From: Felis catus
Lineage: Eukaryota
Assembly (NCBI RefSeq): GCF_018350175.1
Contig: NC_058368.1
Location: forward strand, 136,402,001-136,466,000
DNA: 64,000 nt
Direction of reading: 5' to 3'
The translations under genes and the position numbers were made by a program. Position 1 is the first letter of the stretch. Each line of letters starts with the position of its first letter. Under the pieces are notes generated by a model. It was not told the origin of the DNA. It saw only the letters and a program-made list of their open reading frames with translations, and did not search any database. Positions 23,980 through 37,091 of this stretch are shown here, piece by piece.

Positions 23980-24330
23980 CAGGTATGTATATATACCCCA
24001 TCTTCTTTATCCATTCATCCATCGACAGACATTTGGGCTCTTTCCATACTTTGGCTATTGTTGATAGTGATGCTATAAACATGGGGGTGCATGTGTCCCT
24101 TCGAAACAGCACACCTGTATTCCTTGGATCAATATCTAGTAGTGCAATTGCTGGGTCGTAGGGTAGTTCTACTTCTAATTTTTTGAGGAACCTCCATACT
24201 GTTTTCCAGAGTGGCTGCACCAGCTTGCATTCCCAGGTAGTTCAATTTTAGACAAGGGGAATTTGAGGCATTCAAATGAAGATGATGAGTAGGAAGTTGG
24301 ATATTATGGATCGGGATGTCAGGAGTGAGA
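22592..24330 (-). mobile_element. L2 LINE fragment interrupted by an L1
   Basis: Antisense L2 (GAAACAGACAAA...GAGCTCACACTCCAGCAGGGGAGACAG, GGAGCCACTGGAAGGG, GATGGTGAGAAATG); resumes after 24249. Confidence 0.8.
23465..24235 (-). mobile_element. 5'-truncated carnivore L1 (ORF2 end plus 3'UTR)
   Basis: ORF 23795-24220 encodes the L1 ORF2 C-terminus ([14 protein letters not shown]...); tail converted to (ATTTT)n at ~23465-23540; internal (TG)n at ~23936-23976; 14-bp TSD GGTAGTTCAATTTT (23451-23464, 24236-24249). Confidence 0.95.
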
Positions 24331-24959
24331 ATGGGCTGAATTGCTGGTTACATTATTTTATCTTTTTATCTAATAACATCTGTCTCTCCATTTATTGGAT
24401 ATTCCTTTTATATACTTGCCTTGATTTTTCTAACACACACAAACAAGCTGGTTATTACAGAGCACATCCAACACCAGTGCCTGTTCGTGAGCATGTTTGC
24501 ATGTGGTACACAAATAGTCTCATACTCTGGGCCTACATCTGATGTGTTTATCTGTATACTTTTTCCTCCAAACATCACTTATCTTGTTCTTGCCAGGTCT
24601 CTGGTAATCAACAAGAATCACGCAGCACTTTGCTATGATTCAATGTAGATTTTTTGCCTAAGGTCGTATCTATTTCTGGGAAATGTAAACAGAAGGTGCC
24701 CTATTAAAGTTTAGTACTCAGGCCATTTTTAAGGGTTTTGATTCCAAGTGGTCAAAAACCAATAGAGGTCTGTAACATTTAAGAAAGGGATTGGTAGTAG
24801 CTGAAAGTTGATCAACTTCTTTTCCCACATTGGCCAATGGCACGAAAATGGTTTTCCAGTCTTGTATCAACATCAGTGTGGTTCTTTTGATGCAGTCATT
24901 TTGACCCGTGGATGTTTTGATGACCATGAGGCAAATGGTTAAGCTTGTAGCTTCAAAAA

Positions 24960-25420
24960 AAGGACACAGTAATTCCACTTCTGTGAATTCATCCTGCAGA
25001 TATACTTGCACAGATGCCAAATGAATTTTGTACAAGCTTATTCACTGCAGCACCGTCTGTGGTAACAAAGGACTGGAAGCGACACAAATGTTCAGCAGTA
25101 GAGGACTGGTAAATCATAGGCTATCCACACAACAAAATACTGTGCAAAAATAAAAATGGACGAGCAGTGCAGTGTTTATAGCATGCTACTTTTTGCTTAA
25201 AAACATTGTGGTGGGGATAATATATATTATTGGCATCTGCATAAAGAAACTCTAGGAATTCACAAGAAAACAAGAACAGTAGCTACGTGGATGGCAGAAA
25301 ACAGGCAGATAGAAGACAGGGGTGGTGAGAAGACTTTTCAAGGTAGACCTTTTTCATTTTTTGAAAAACAGTCAAACCGGAAGAATTTCTTGCCTATTTA
25401 CATTATTTTAAAAAATGCCC
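24960..25420 (+). mobile_element. Old L1M (L1MC/ME-like) 3' fragment
   Basis: CAGTAATTCCACTTCT..GATATACTTGCACA..TTATTCACTGCAGCA..GACTGGAA. Confidence 0.6.
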
Positions 25421-26812
25421 ATGTAATATATACAACGGATGTCTTCACCCCATCTCATACCCCCTACCTCAGGCCTAACACTATTCCTGTTGCATGGTTT
25501 CTCTGAACATCACCCTATCCTGGAGGAATATCTGTTTTGCATACTATTTTGGTAATTAAAAACATGGTGCTGTTATGCATGCATGTCTGGTTCAAAATGC
25601 TAACTCCTTCTTCCAACAGCTCGACAGAGATGTTCCCCAGATTACCAAAGCACTGAGGGTTTGGTATAAGATTTTATCCATTCACATTTATTCTCTCATC
25701 CAACAAATAGACATCTACTCAGACCCTCCATTGTGTTGATGCCTTTGCTGTAATTAGATAGATCATGCTGGTCATGAGTGAGTAGGATTGATGGGAGAGA
25801 CCCCAGCTTGGTGGCAGGGCATTAGCCAGGAGGTTACTGTAGATGACGGTCTGGATGGAGTCTGGACAGGGAGCAGACAGGGAGGGGGAGAAGAATGAAG
25901 TACTCTCAGATGCCTCTCTCACCGATACAGTTGGGAATGAATGTCTAGTCACCACTGGCGGGCTCAGAGAGGAACCATTCGTCTGACCTTGCACAAACCC
26001 TCTTCTCTGTTGTCTGAAATGGACTTCAGCTTCAGAGATGTCAGAAGCAGATGAAAGAACCACACCCACGCGAAATAGCAGCAGCGACTTCTGTTTTCCA
26101 GAAGGCATAATGCTGACTGCCAATTCTCTTTTTTGCTGTGTTGTACCCTTTCAGTTCAGAAGTCTATTAAGGTGATAAAAATGAGAAGCCCCCATTATGG
26201 TCTTCAACAGTTGGAGCTGATACATCTCAGTGGCAGGGGGAATGGAGGGAGTTGCTGAGGACATGGGCAGGTTTTTTTGTTTTTATTTTTCAGTGGTAGA
26301 TCTTCTCAGGGTATCCTACAGCTTCAGAAAGAGTCTTGGAAACTTCAGAAGTAAAACAATGATGTAATTCCAGCCTCTTGGGTCCTTTGTTACACCAGAG
26401 AGAATGATCTCTGGGATTGGTGAAGTCATCTTAAGTATAGGAAAATTGGGTCTCAGCTTATTCTAATTGAGGGTGGTACGTTACTATCTCAAACTGATGC
26501 TTGATGTGGCAGCATTAGCAACATTACCCTTTGGGGGTGATATTGCTCATAATGAAAATACAGTTATGGGTGTCACTTCACCTGCTGCTAATTCTTAATA
26601 TGTGGTCAAGGCTTGGTTTCTTAGGGACCACTTGAGTGTTTCAGGAAAGGATAAAAGAGGATGAGGCCTAGGGGCCTGGACAGTGATGGAGACGGAGAGA
26701 GTAAGCTTTAGTTAGTGGCCAGGGGAGCAGGTTAGGCGGGAGGGTGAATGCGGTGGGAAGAGATTCTTATCATGGGGCAGGGTCACTGAGCCCTAAGGTC
26801 AGAGAGGGAGAG

Positions 26813-27239
26813 TGTCTCAGACCAGGACTCTGGAGTTCTCCCTTATCCAGCAAGAAAACAAACACAAAATTGAATACAAAAGATACTAATATCCCAGAGG
26901 AGGCAAGAGAGCCCCAAACAGAGCTTTCATCTCCATATTTATTGAGCTCACAGGATATTACCCATGTGGTGAATGTGAGGAAAACAAGATCTTACACACG
27001 TGAATGTGGAGAAAAACAATCAGACAGTAATCATTAACTTGTGTGTGTAAGAAGCAAAGGGCTTGGGGGGCAAGAGGAGTTTGCGATCAAGGCACATTGG
27101 CGCCAGGCAGAGGGTAATTTCCTGCAGGTGATTTAACAAGTTACTCGTGATCCCATTACAGTATCTGGCTAGCTAACGTCGGACGCTTTTTCTAACCATT
27201 TATGCAAGTAGAACGTATTTCCCCGCAGAAGGGTATACA
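26813..27239 (-). mobile_element. Solo ERV LTR (~427 bp; family not assigned)
   Basis: TGT...ACA termini, flanks GAGAG/GAGAA (5-bp TSD with 1 mismatch), minus-strand AATAAA at 26938-26943. Confidence 0.7.
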
Positions 27240-29203
27240 GAGAATGTAAAAAGGTGAGAGGGGAGGGTCGCTGGAAAGAGGTGGGAGATGATCTAGCTCA
27301 AATTTTACCTACCTCTTACTTTGTTTTCACCTTACTTCTTTTACCTGGTTGTCAGGGACGAGGCCGGCATAGGAAAGTCTACCTCAGAGGGGGAAGACAG
27401 AAGCTCATACATGTTTCCCATTGATGCTTCTATTACAAATCCTTCCTGGGAATTCTCTGTAGCGACCTTCCTTACTTGGCTGATTGCTGTTGTCATTAGA
27501 GGTCTTTGGATATTGAAGCCATTAAGATCAGAGGTAAGGACATACTTAATATTCTTGAGGCACAGTGAAGTCTCAGAGATTTTTCCTCACTTGAGAAGTC
27601 TGTGGGTGATTCTGTCATATCTTGGTGTGGCTCAGCTGCTCCGTGGCCAAGGCTTATGGTTGTAGATATCGCTGACGAACTGAAAATTTAGCCAATGAAT
27701 TTCTATAATTTGCTAGTGGAGTGTTATTCTGTGTGTATTCTATGTGTTGGTCAAATAAACACAAAAATCAATGTGTTTTTAAAAAATTTTCGGGAGTGCT
27801 ATGAAAAATAGGTACCCATTTGTATGAAGGTGGGAAGGAGATACTTAAATTGAGATCCGAAGAATGAATAAGTGTTAACCGGGTGACAAGGCGCTTACAG
27901 TGGAAGGTCAGGAGGGAGGGGACCGAGAGCATTCTGGACATAATGGAGTTTGAGAACCTGAAACACTCAGGATTTTCAGCGAGGAAGTCATGGCACATGA
28001 CTTAGGTATGCCATTGAAACTGTGTACTAGGTTTTGTATTTGAGAAATTGGGTTTTAGGTTTTTTGTTTTGTTTTGCTTTTTTACAAAGGTTCTGATTCT
28101 CTCTGTCATCATCAATAGCAGCTCTCCTGTAACTAGTAAAAAATTGAGCAACCTTTTTGAGTTCTAAAATGAAAGGTGCTGTAATGACATAAATGCTACC
28201 AAAAGCTATACCTAAAGGAAAAAAATATATATTAACTTGGCACTCTCCCCAGCTTCAGGCCTGCATGGAGATAATGAAAATCTTCTAATTAGGTTTTGCT
28301 TGGTGATGGAATCACAATTGAATTTTTCTGCAGATCAGAATTCACTTCCTCTAAAGTAGAATTGGGAGCTTCATGTCCTGCCTCCCGTCCCACTGGACTG
28401 GATGAGTCATCAGGCCCACACTGGTTGAGTCCATTATATGTTAATATACAGATGAAGATTTTGCTCTCTAAAAAGATTACTGTCTGAAAACCAAAACAAA
28501 TTTCCCCTATTGCCTTGTTTAAAAAGAATCCATTTTATTTTTATGCTGAGATTTTTCTGAATAGATGTTTCTAGCCATATGTATGATGTATATCAGGCTA
28601 GTTTGATTTTGCTAGAAATCTGTTTGGAAGGCCTGTCACAGGCAGGCCTGTGTGAATCAAGGAGCTCCTCCTGTGACCTGCAGGTTATCACACATCGTTA
28701 AGGGCCTGGTCAATTTTGGACGAGGTGAATACGAAGTGAACGTGAGTCTCAGTGTACATGTTCATTTTAGGGTACATATGGGTCTGCATTTCACCCAGAA
28801 GGAGCCTCCAGAGTGGGAAAGAGGCCGGCTTCCATTGTCACAGCCTCGCCTTACTGTCTGTAACCAGGCCCACGGAGATGGCCGGGGGTGAGGTCATTTG
28901 TTTCACCCATTCCTGCTGTGGAGTGATCGGGCAGCTCGCTCAGCTGGAAACTGTTATTCCCCATCTGGATTTTATTACTCTTCTGAAATGCAGCTGGGAG
29001 CTGGCCCTCCCTGCCCACTGTGGGGGATCCACGGATCCATCACCATGAGCGTGTGCTCGCCCCCGCAGCAGAGATGTGGGCAGCAGCTGCTTCAGTCTCT
29101 GGCCTCCCAGCCAGTGAATTCTGGGGGCTGTTGGCCACCTGAAGGACAGGGCAGGAAACAGGCTAACCATAGATGTGAAGGGAGATAAAACTGTCGTTCT
29201 TTT

Positions 29204-29427
29204 TTTTTAATTTTTTTTTTTACATTTATTTATTTTTGAGAAACAGACTGAGACAAAGTGTGAGTGGGGGAGGGGCAGAGAGAGAAGGAGACAGAATCTG
29301 AAGCAGGCTCCAGGCTCTGAGCAAGCAGTCATCACAGAGCCTGATGCGGGGCTCGAACCCACCAACTGTGAGATCATGACCTGAGCCGAAGTCGGATGCT
29401 TAACCGACTGAGCCACCCAGGTGCCCC
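29204..29427 (-). mobile_element. CanSINE
   Basis: TSD AAAACTGT(C/G)GTTCTTTT (29187-29203, 29428-29444). Confidence 0.95.
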
Positions 29428-29844
29428 AAAACTGTGGTTCTTTTGAACGCAGAAGCACTCATTAACTCAGTGATAGCACAAGGTATATGTGTATATTTAC
29501 ATTTTCCAACAATATTTTGTTTTATACTTTCTAGTAGATGCTAGTTCATTTGATTATAACGATTTGGGACTTTAAAAATAATTTCCCTTGACTGCTAGAT
29601 TGGGAAATGTGGGTTGTTATGGCTCAGGCCAATTTTTTAGTTGTCCGGATGCTGGATTAGGTTTATGGCAAGTTAAGACCAGAGGTTCTCTCCATATTTG
29701 CCCATCAGTGTGGGCTTCCCATCCCAGGTTGGTGCACATCTCCCTCTGACTTACGAAACTGAAAGAACTGATTTCTACCTGTACTTAGAGCAAACCACGT
29801 AAGAATATCTCGAGCAGGAAATCTTTCTTTCTGTCTATTTGCAG

Positions 29845-30050
29845 AATGGTTAGGAGTGTAAGCTCTGGAGTCAGACAGCTGTGGCTTTAATGCTTTTTTT
29901 CATCCTGACTATGGATTTAGACAAGCTAAATTATTTTACTCCATTTTCTCACCCAAAATGAGGGTAGTAGCAATTGCCCTGTTTTCAGAATGAAGTAATA
30001 TAACAAATGTACTTGTTGTGCCTGTACACAGTAAACTCTCAAAAGTTACC
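29845..30050 (+). mobile_element. MIR fragment
   Basis: ATGGTTAGGAGTGTAAGCTCTGGAGTCAGACAG...GTGCCTGTACACAGTAAACTCTCAA. Confidence 0.65.
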
Positions 30051-31603
30051 ATTCTTCTTGTTATTATTCAACTAATATTTGTCAAATATCTTCCATGTAT
30101 TATACATTTTGGTAGGTACCAAGAAGTATTAACTGTAGTTATAGAGAGAAAATCTGGAAACATGAAAACAAAACATAGGTACAACCTACTAATATCAACA
30201 GGTCATAGGTAAAATGGTCAGAACAGATGAAAATTTTCAGGTGTTCAAAGTTCACTGATCCCTGGAGGAGTCAGAGAAGGCTTCAGAGAAGGAGGAGGAG
30301 GACATTGGACTAGGGATAGGATGGCGTTAAAGGTTGGGATTCTGCTCTTGCTGCCATTCCCAGGCTCATGAATACCTTGGTGTCACAGGCTGGGTTAAGG
30401 CAGGCCTTCAGGGTCCCAAGGAGACACCATTCTCGGGCTACTTTTATATAGTTGGCCCAACTGTCAGCTGCACAGAAGGTGCATCTTCCACAGGGAAAAT
30501 AATGTCCAAGCTCCAGAGAACATACTTTTCCTAGGCTGAGATGAGAATAATTCTCTTCCCTTGGTTCTTCATTCAGATCATACTTTACTGATTATCTAAT
30601 ACACACTCTGTAGACTAGGTGCTGGAGACACAGAGGTGGGAGACACAAGAACCAATCTCATGTACTTCCTTTGGACATCTAAATGTAGAGCCCTTGGAGT
30701 GTTGATGGAGCCAGTACCAGAAGTCTCCAAATGGTCAGCCTACAACAGGTGAGGCTGTGGCAAGGAGAGTGGAGCAGTCTGATGCTTTGGTGTGCAAGAA
30801 GGAATTTGACCTAACAAGGGAATCACACAAATTGGCCTTAAAAAAATTACCCACTTTTTGTTAGGAGGGAAACCATTCTTATTTTCTCCCAATCTGTCTC
30901 CCAGTCTCTCTCCTAATCTCTCTCCCCCACTGTTTCTCTTCCTCCCTCCTCCCTCCTCTCTTCCGACCCCTTAAGTTTTGGCTTCCACTCACAGGGGAAT
31001 AAACTTCTACTCCATCTCTTCCCTCAAACAAGTGGAGAGAATACTTGGGGTCAACCCCCATCCTTTCCTTTAGATGATCTTCCTTTGCTGCCAATCTGAT
31101 TGGGACATTGAACTGACTATATATACCTGTGCCATAAAACATGGTTCAGACCCAAAACTTTCTTTTCCTGTCTTCAAACTCTACTCCATTCCTGCCCACA
31201 TGAATTTCTTACACCTGAGATCCATAGTCCCAGTTCTTTCTGTTGGGAATTCATCCAGCTGGGCAAGCCAGGGAAGGGAACTGAGGTTCAGGGAAGAAGG
31301 ACCAGGAAGAATGAAGCCCATTTCACCCTCCAGCCAAAGATGTTTTCTCTATATGGCCCTGATCAAGTTTTGGTCTGAGGTATTACAGCTTGCCCAGTCT
31401 TTGCTAAGTGGAGACTCCATTTTTATTTATCTATTAGTCTGTGTAGACAATTCATCTGCCAGATCTCCAGAGGGGAAGAGACTGACTGGCATCCTAAGTT
31501 CCAGCCCTATAATATTTATGAACTCTTCCACTCATAACTCAAATTGGGGGTCTGATAACCAGAAATGCTTCTTTCCATCTGGTAGTTTTTGCTCTTTGGC
31601 AAC

Positions 31604-32023
31604 TGTGGCAGAGAAAAAGCCATGTGTTCATCAAATTTATTTTCATGTGCCTCCTTCTGGGAACAAGGGAAATTGTACTTCTCAATCCCCTTGGAGTTTG
31701 AAGGGTCCTTGTGAACATTTCTGGCCAATGAAATGTGACGTGTCACTTCCTGGCTAAGGCAGTGAAAAACTCCTTTATGACTCTCCAACTTTCCTTCCTC
31801 TACCATAGTTAATGCGGAAGGTTCATGTCCCAAATGATGTGGCTACAAAATAGTGAGGCCTCCATCAGCCTGGGACCCCGAGTTGTTTCTCAGAAAGAAA
31901 CTGCCCTGGGGAACTGACATACACTCACAGAGGACTTTGTGTGAGTGAGAAATAAACCTTAATTGGGTTAATTCGCTAAGGTTTTTGTTACTGCCACAGC
32001 ACTTAGCCTTTTCTCACTTCTAT
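31604..32023 (+). mobile_element. MaLR LTR (MLT1I/J-like)
   Basis: TGTGGCAGAG start, CTGGCCAATGAAATGTG, GTCACTTCC, GTGAGTGAGAAATAAACC, TTTGTTACTGC. Confidence 0.8.
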
Positions 32024-33570
32024 AGCCTGAAATCCTTCAGTGATTTCCCATTGCTCTTAGGGTAAAACACAGTCATGAATACAGCTTGTCTCCCATGGTG
32101 TTTCCAGCGTGTAGCAAAATGCAAGACATAGAGCACATGCCCACAAGCTCATTGAGCAAATAAATGGTGGAATAAGCACCAGTCTTTAGTCTGGGGCTTC
32201 TTTCTTTGGCCCTGAGATCAGCAGACAGCTTGATAAAGTTGTGTGAAGGCCCTAAACCCCAAGTGCTCTGGGTCAGGGCTCATCAGCTAGTCAACTGACA
32301 ATTTGTGGGGAGGTCTTTTGCTGGAAGGCTAGAGTCTTTGGCCATCCAGAAATGTATGGATAGGTGAAGTCTACTCCCTGCAAAAGCCTGTCAAACCGTT
32401 GCTGATGGATCTCACTGCAGCTAAGATTTACAAGGACAAATGAGGGACTCATTTCTACACATACTGAGTCTTTGTCTGCTCATAAGATATAATTAACCCA
32501 CGTACCACCACTCACCTGGTTAAAATACCAGTTGCAAACACAGCATTTCAGAGGAAGTAACCTCTAAAATGACGACAGATATCACCATGTTGCTGCCTAT
32601 GGCTTTCTCCTGCAGATTTGTTTAGAAAGCTAGCATTAAAAATGTTTTGGGCTTAAGATGGAAAGAAAAAATCAAAGTTTCTTGCTTGATGTACCTTCTT
32701 TGAGATTTACATTGGGAGACACAGCCTTTTTCTTATAAAGGCATTTGTATGATTGGTTTTGTACTAGCTACTTAAATACTTTTGGATCTGTATTTCCAGA
32801 TAGGAGTGGAGTAGGGGTGGGATTAAGTCTGATTTGACACTGATGGAAATAGCATGTGAAAATGCTGTGCATAAGGGGAAGAGAAAAGATCCCTCCATGG
32901 GGAGTTGGAGGTTGGCAGCAAACATTAGGGTGCCTTTGCACCACTGGGTATCAAACACGTCCTGTCTCCTTTCAGTCTGATTAGACTGTAGTCTTGAGGC
33001 CCCTTAATAGATTGACAAAGTGTTGCTTTTGTACACATCTGGTCATTTCTGGGGCCTGTACCTCTGATTCTTAGTGGGGCCTCCTTCCTCTTAGCTAGCT
33101 GATCCTGAGGAGTGGGGCACCTTCTGATCCCAGCCCTGTCTTCTGATCCCAGCCCTGACGCCTCAGGTGCTGTCAGCTACAGCAGCTGCACTGCTTAAGG
33201 GAGCTCTTCCCTGTGGTTACTGGTTTCCCTTACTACTTACTGTTGTTTTTGTACATTCTCAAACTTCCTTTTTATGGTTTACTCCTCAGTCCTTTGCAGG
33301 TACCTCTCTCATTTACTCAGAACTCAAGGAGATCTTGATGATGTAAACAGCATTGACCCCATCTTGGAGGATCAGGGGGAAAGGAGACCAAACCACAGAG
33401 TAGTTCAGGATCCATGCAGTGTGGCAGGCAGCAGCAAATCCAGGCTTTGGTCTCAGGGCTAGCCTGATTCAGTCTTCATCCCAGCTATTTACTTGTGTTT
33501 TCTCCCCCCAAATTACTCCACAGGTTGCAATTTTAGTACAACTTCCATATCTTAGGAGTTCTTGACTTTT

Positions 33571-33786
33571 TTTTTTTAATTTTTTTTAACATTTATTTAT
33601 TTTTGAGACAGAGAGAGAGCATGAATAGGGGAGGGTCAGAGAAAGAGGCAGACACAGAATCTGAAACAGGCTCCAGGCTCTGAGCTGTAAGCACAGAGCC
33701 CGAGGCGGGGCTCAAACCCACGGACCGTGAGATCATGACCCAAGCCAAAGTCGGACGCTTAACCGACTGAGCCACCCAGGCGCCCC
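33571..33786 (-). mobile_element. CanSINE inserted at the tail end of the next SINE
   Basis: TTGACTTTTTTTTT duplicated at 33562 and 33787. Confidence 0.94.
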
Positions 33787-33791
33787 TTGAC

Positions 33792-33824
33792 TTTTTTTTT
33801 TTAAGTTTATGTATTTACTGAGAA

Positions 33825-33867
<43 letters not shown>

Positions 33868-33989
33868 CAGAGGGAGAGTCCAAAGCAGGCTCCGTGCTGT
33901 CAGCACAGCCTGATCACTGTAGCATGATATCACAAACCAGGAGAAAGCAAGAGTTTGACACTTAACCTACTGAGCTACCCAGGCACCCC
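33792..33989 (-). mobile_element. CanSINE (older) with long (GA)n
   Basis: Reverse SINE ending CCCAGGCACCCC. Confidence 0.9.
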
Positions 33990-34470
33990 AACTTCTTTAC
34001 TTCTAAAGTTACTTGCAACCTGAAGTCTCTGTCAAGCTGGTCAGCTGGTGGAATCTGATGCTTTTGGCTTAGACTTCCAATGTGTCTATTCATTCCAGAT
34101 ATTGGATAATTGCTCCTGTTACTTCTTTCCCCCAATCCTATTCAGTTTTTATCCTAAGTCAAGTTCCATTATAACTTCTGCCCCCCCCCCCCCCCTTAAG
34201 CCCTCTGCAACATTGTAGCCTGCATGGATCTCTTGGTAAGGTCAGGGACCGATTTAGAATCTCATTGCTTTCTCCTGGTTTTATGGGGATGTGGTAATCT
34301 TTCCTATTTCCTTGCAGACAGGGGGATGTCTTTCTCTACTTCTCACTTCTCTATAATAACCTGAACAGTTTTAAGCAAACTAAATGCTGACTGGGTAAGT
34401 TTGCCTTCTTAGTTCTGGAAATAATTTTTTACATTGAAAGCAGTATGGATATAAAAGGGCCAACTGAAAA

Positions 34471-35121
34471 AAAAATACTAATTCACAGGATACATGTGCT
34501 CTAATGTTTATAGTAGCATTATCTACAGCCGCCAAATTATGGAAACAGCCCAAGTTTCCAGAGATGGAAGAATGGATAAAGAGGCTGTGGGGTGTATGTG
34601 TGTGTGTGTGTGTGTGTGTATGTGTGTGTATGTATATATATATACACACACATATGTATGTATATACATATGTGTGTGTATATATATATACACACACACA
34701 CATACACACACATACATATATATATAATGGAATATTGCTCAGTCTAAAAAAAGAATGAAATCTCCCATTTTACAACAACATAGATGAAGCTGGAGAGTAT
34801 TAAGCTAAGTGAAATAAATCAGTCTGAGAAATACTGTACGATTTCACTCATATGTGGAACTTAAGAAACAAAACAACCAAAGGGGAAAAAAGAGAGAGAA
34901 GCAAACCAAGAAATGGAATTTTAACTGTAGAGAACAAACTGATGGTTACCAGAGGGGGTGGTGGGGGGGGGGGGATGCGTGAAATAGGTGAAAGGGATTA
35001 AGGAATGCGCTTCTTATGATAAGCACTGGGTGTTGTGTGAAAGTGTTGAATTACTATACTATATACCTGAAAGTAATATTGTATTGTATGTTAACTAACT
35101 GTAATTTAAATAAAAGCACAA
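34471..35121 (+). mobile_element. 5'-truncated carnivore L1 3' end
   Basis: MFIVALSTAAKLWKQPKFP ORF2 end, G-rich 3'UTR, AATAAA; degenerate TSD AAAAGGGC(CAAC/TAGT)TGAAAAA. Confidence 0.9.
34592..34726. repeat. Compound (TG)/(TA)/(CA) microsatellite forming a long inverted repeat
   Basis: 34607-34659 pairs with 34664-34716 with 2 mismatches. Confidence 0.9.
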
Positions 35122-37091
35122 AAAAGGGCTAGTTGAAAAATGTGATAAACTCCAATAACCATAAGGCTTATGAGCTGGATTAATTTGTCTCATTCCAGGA
35201 TCTCAGATGCTTTATTTATTTATGTGTTCCCCATTGGTGATGATATTCAATCATGGTGAAGCTTTGGGTTTTACCACAATCCTGTTTTGACATTTATTCA
35301 CCAAAACTTTTAAAAGTAGAATTAAGGATAAATTTGGTCCATATTTGTTTAAAATATAGATTATTAGGTCCCATCCTAGACCATCTGATGCTTGAGATGA
35401 CCTCTCCAGGTCATCTTAATAAAACATTAAAGTTAAACACTGTCCTATGGGGTTTTCATTGCTAAATAAAAAGATGCGATTATGTTTGACTTCAAAGTAT
35501 ATGCCCAGACAATAATAAATGGAGGATTCGGAAAGATTAGATGTCTCGGTGACCCAAATGTTTTATACTGAAATGTGTAAGGTGTCTTGTTTGCTAGCTC
35601 AGATCTTTTAAAGATCATGATTCTTCAGCTCCTAGCACCTTTTGGATACATCACACTGAATACGTGTTTGAATCTTTCAACCAGTATCATCATCTCCAGA
35701 TAAGTGTTGAGAGTCACACTGGAAGGCTTTGGTAGTGCTAAAATGGGATTTCAGTCTGGCTGAGAAGCTTCTTGGGTTTTCCAAGGTGCTTTCCTTTTGG
35801 TTTTTCCTTTCCAGCTTAAGTTAACTTTCTCTCAATTTTTAAGATGGAAAGATCACCCAGAATGGTCTCTCTCCTACAGCTAATAGGGAAATAGCTAATA
35901 GGGTTGGTGTGGAGTGCTTATTAGCTCCCTTGGGCTTAATAGCTGCAAAGGTCAGGGCAGACTAGCTACTATCACAGGGTCATAGCATGAATGGCATCTG
36001 GTCAGGAAAGATAAATACAACAAGACAGGGAGCAAAGCAAGGTTATTATTACAAGAAGTGTCACCCAGATGATAATGAAAGTCAAACAGTAAAAAAATCA
36101 CTCAAATCATGACTGCATCCAAAAGGAAAGTAACCACTACACCTTCCGGAATTTACCACAGCGTTGTGATTGTTTGGCCATTAAAATGTCACTTGCAGAA
36201 ATGAATAGTTGGGAATGCTGACTTCAAGTGAAATAGTTTTTTAATTTTTCTCAAAATATTCCAAGCATTATTGAATGGCAAGGTTAGGTCCCTGGAGAAA
36301 TAATTACGACTTAAGGCCTCTTTGAAATATAGACCCAGCTCTCTCTCTTTCTCTGTCTTTATCACACCTAGTTCATGAAAAATTTTCTTCAGAATCATTT
36401 GAGGAACCATGCTAATGAGGACTTGAATTTCCAGTACTATACCTACTGCTGTGTATTACTGGTGACCGTGTATTTCTATTGTGGCTCTCCATGGAAAGAT
36501 GGCCAATTCCAGGAAGATGGCCTCCATTAGCCTTTAGAATTCCATCTTCCATCTTCAATGCTTCTTGAGACAGAATAGATACATGTTCAGATTAAAGTAT
36601 CATGTGGCCAGCAGTAGCACCCCCTCCTTGAAGTCCCTTGTAACTTTCATGAAAATACGTGTGACAGCACAGAAAATGAGTACAAGGGAAGATGTGGAAA
36701 TATACAATGATAACAGAAAGAACACTGGTGGCAAATGCCAGAATCTTGGAGGAATCCCTTCTCATTATATAAAAGGCAAGTGGAATAGATTCGAGGAATA
36801 CTATGGCATGCCCAGATTTTAGATCACACAAGAATGACAACTGAAAAATGTCGGGAGATGAGACAGTCTCCACCCTCTAACTATCTCTATACAGAGACCC
36901 TGGGTTTGTATCCCCCAGAAAAATGAGAAGTGGCCTTATGTTGCAAGGTGGACCACGAAGTGGCCAAAGTCTTCTTTTCCCATCACGACCTCATTTTTCT
37001 GCATACATAGGAGAAGGAAATCTTGGACACCAGTGAGAAAGAATTGGGGATGTGTTATTGGTTAGAGAGTGTCTCTATTTGATAGGCACAA

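Noticed and set aside
24580..24660. Acceptor-like TTGTTCTTGCCAG (also TTTTTCAG at ~26293)
   Set aside because: Frames I checked close quickly and no matching donor was found; unsupported as an exon
31074..31757. 227-aa + strand ORF, the longest non-L1 ORF
   Set aside because: No recognisable domain; its 3' part runs into an MLT1 LTR; consistent with a chance ORF
34380..34758. Overlapping ORFs rich in CV/HT/YI repeats (similar ones at 23931, 41188, 48214, 62069)
   Set aside because: Dinucleotide microsatellite translations
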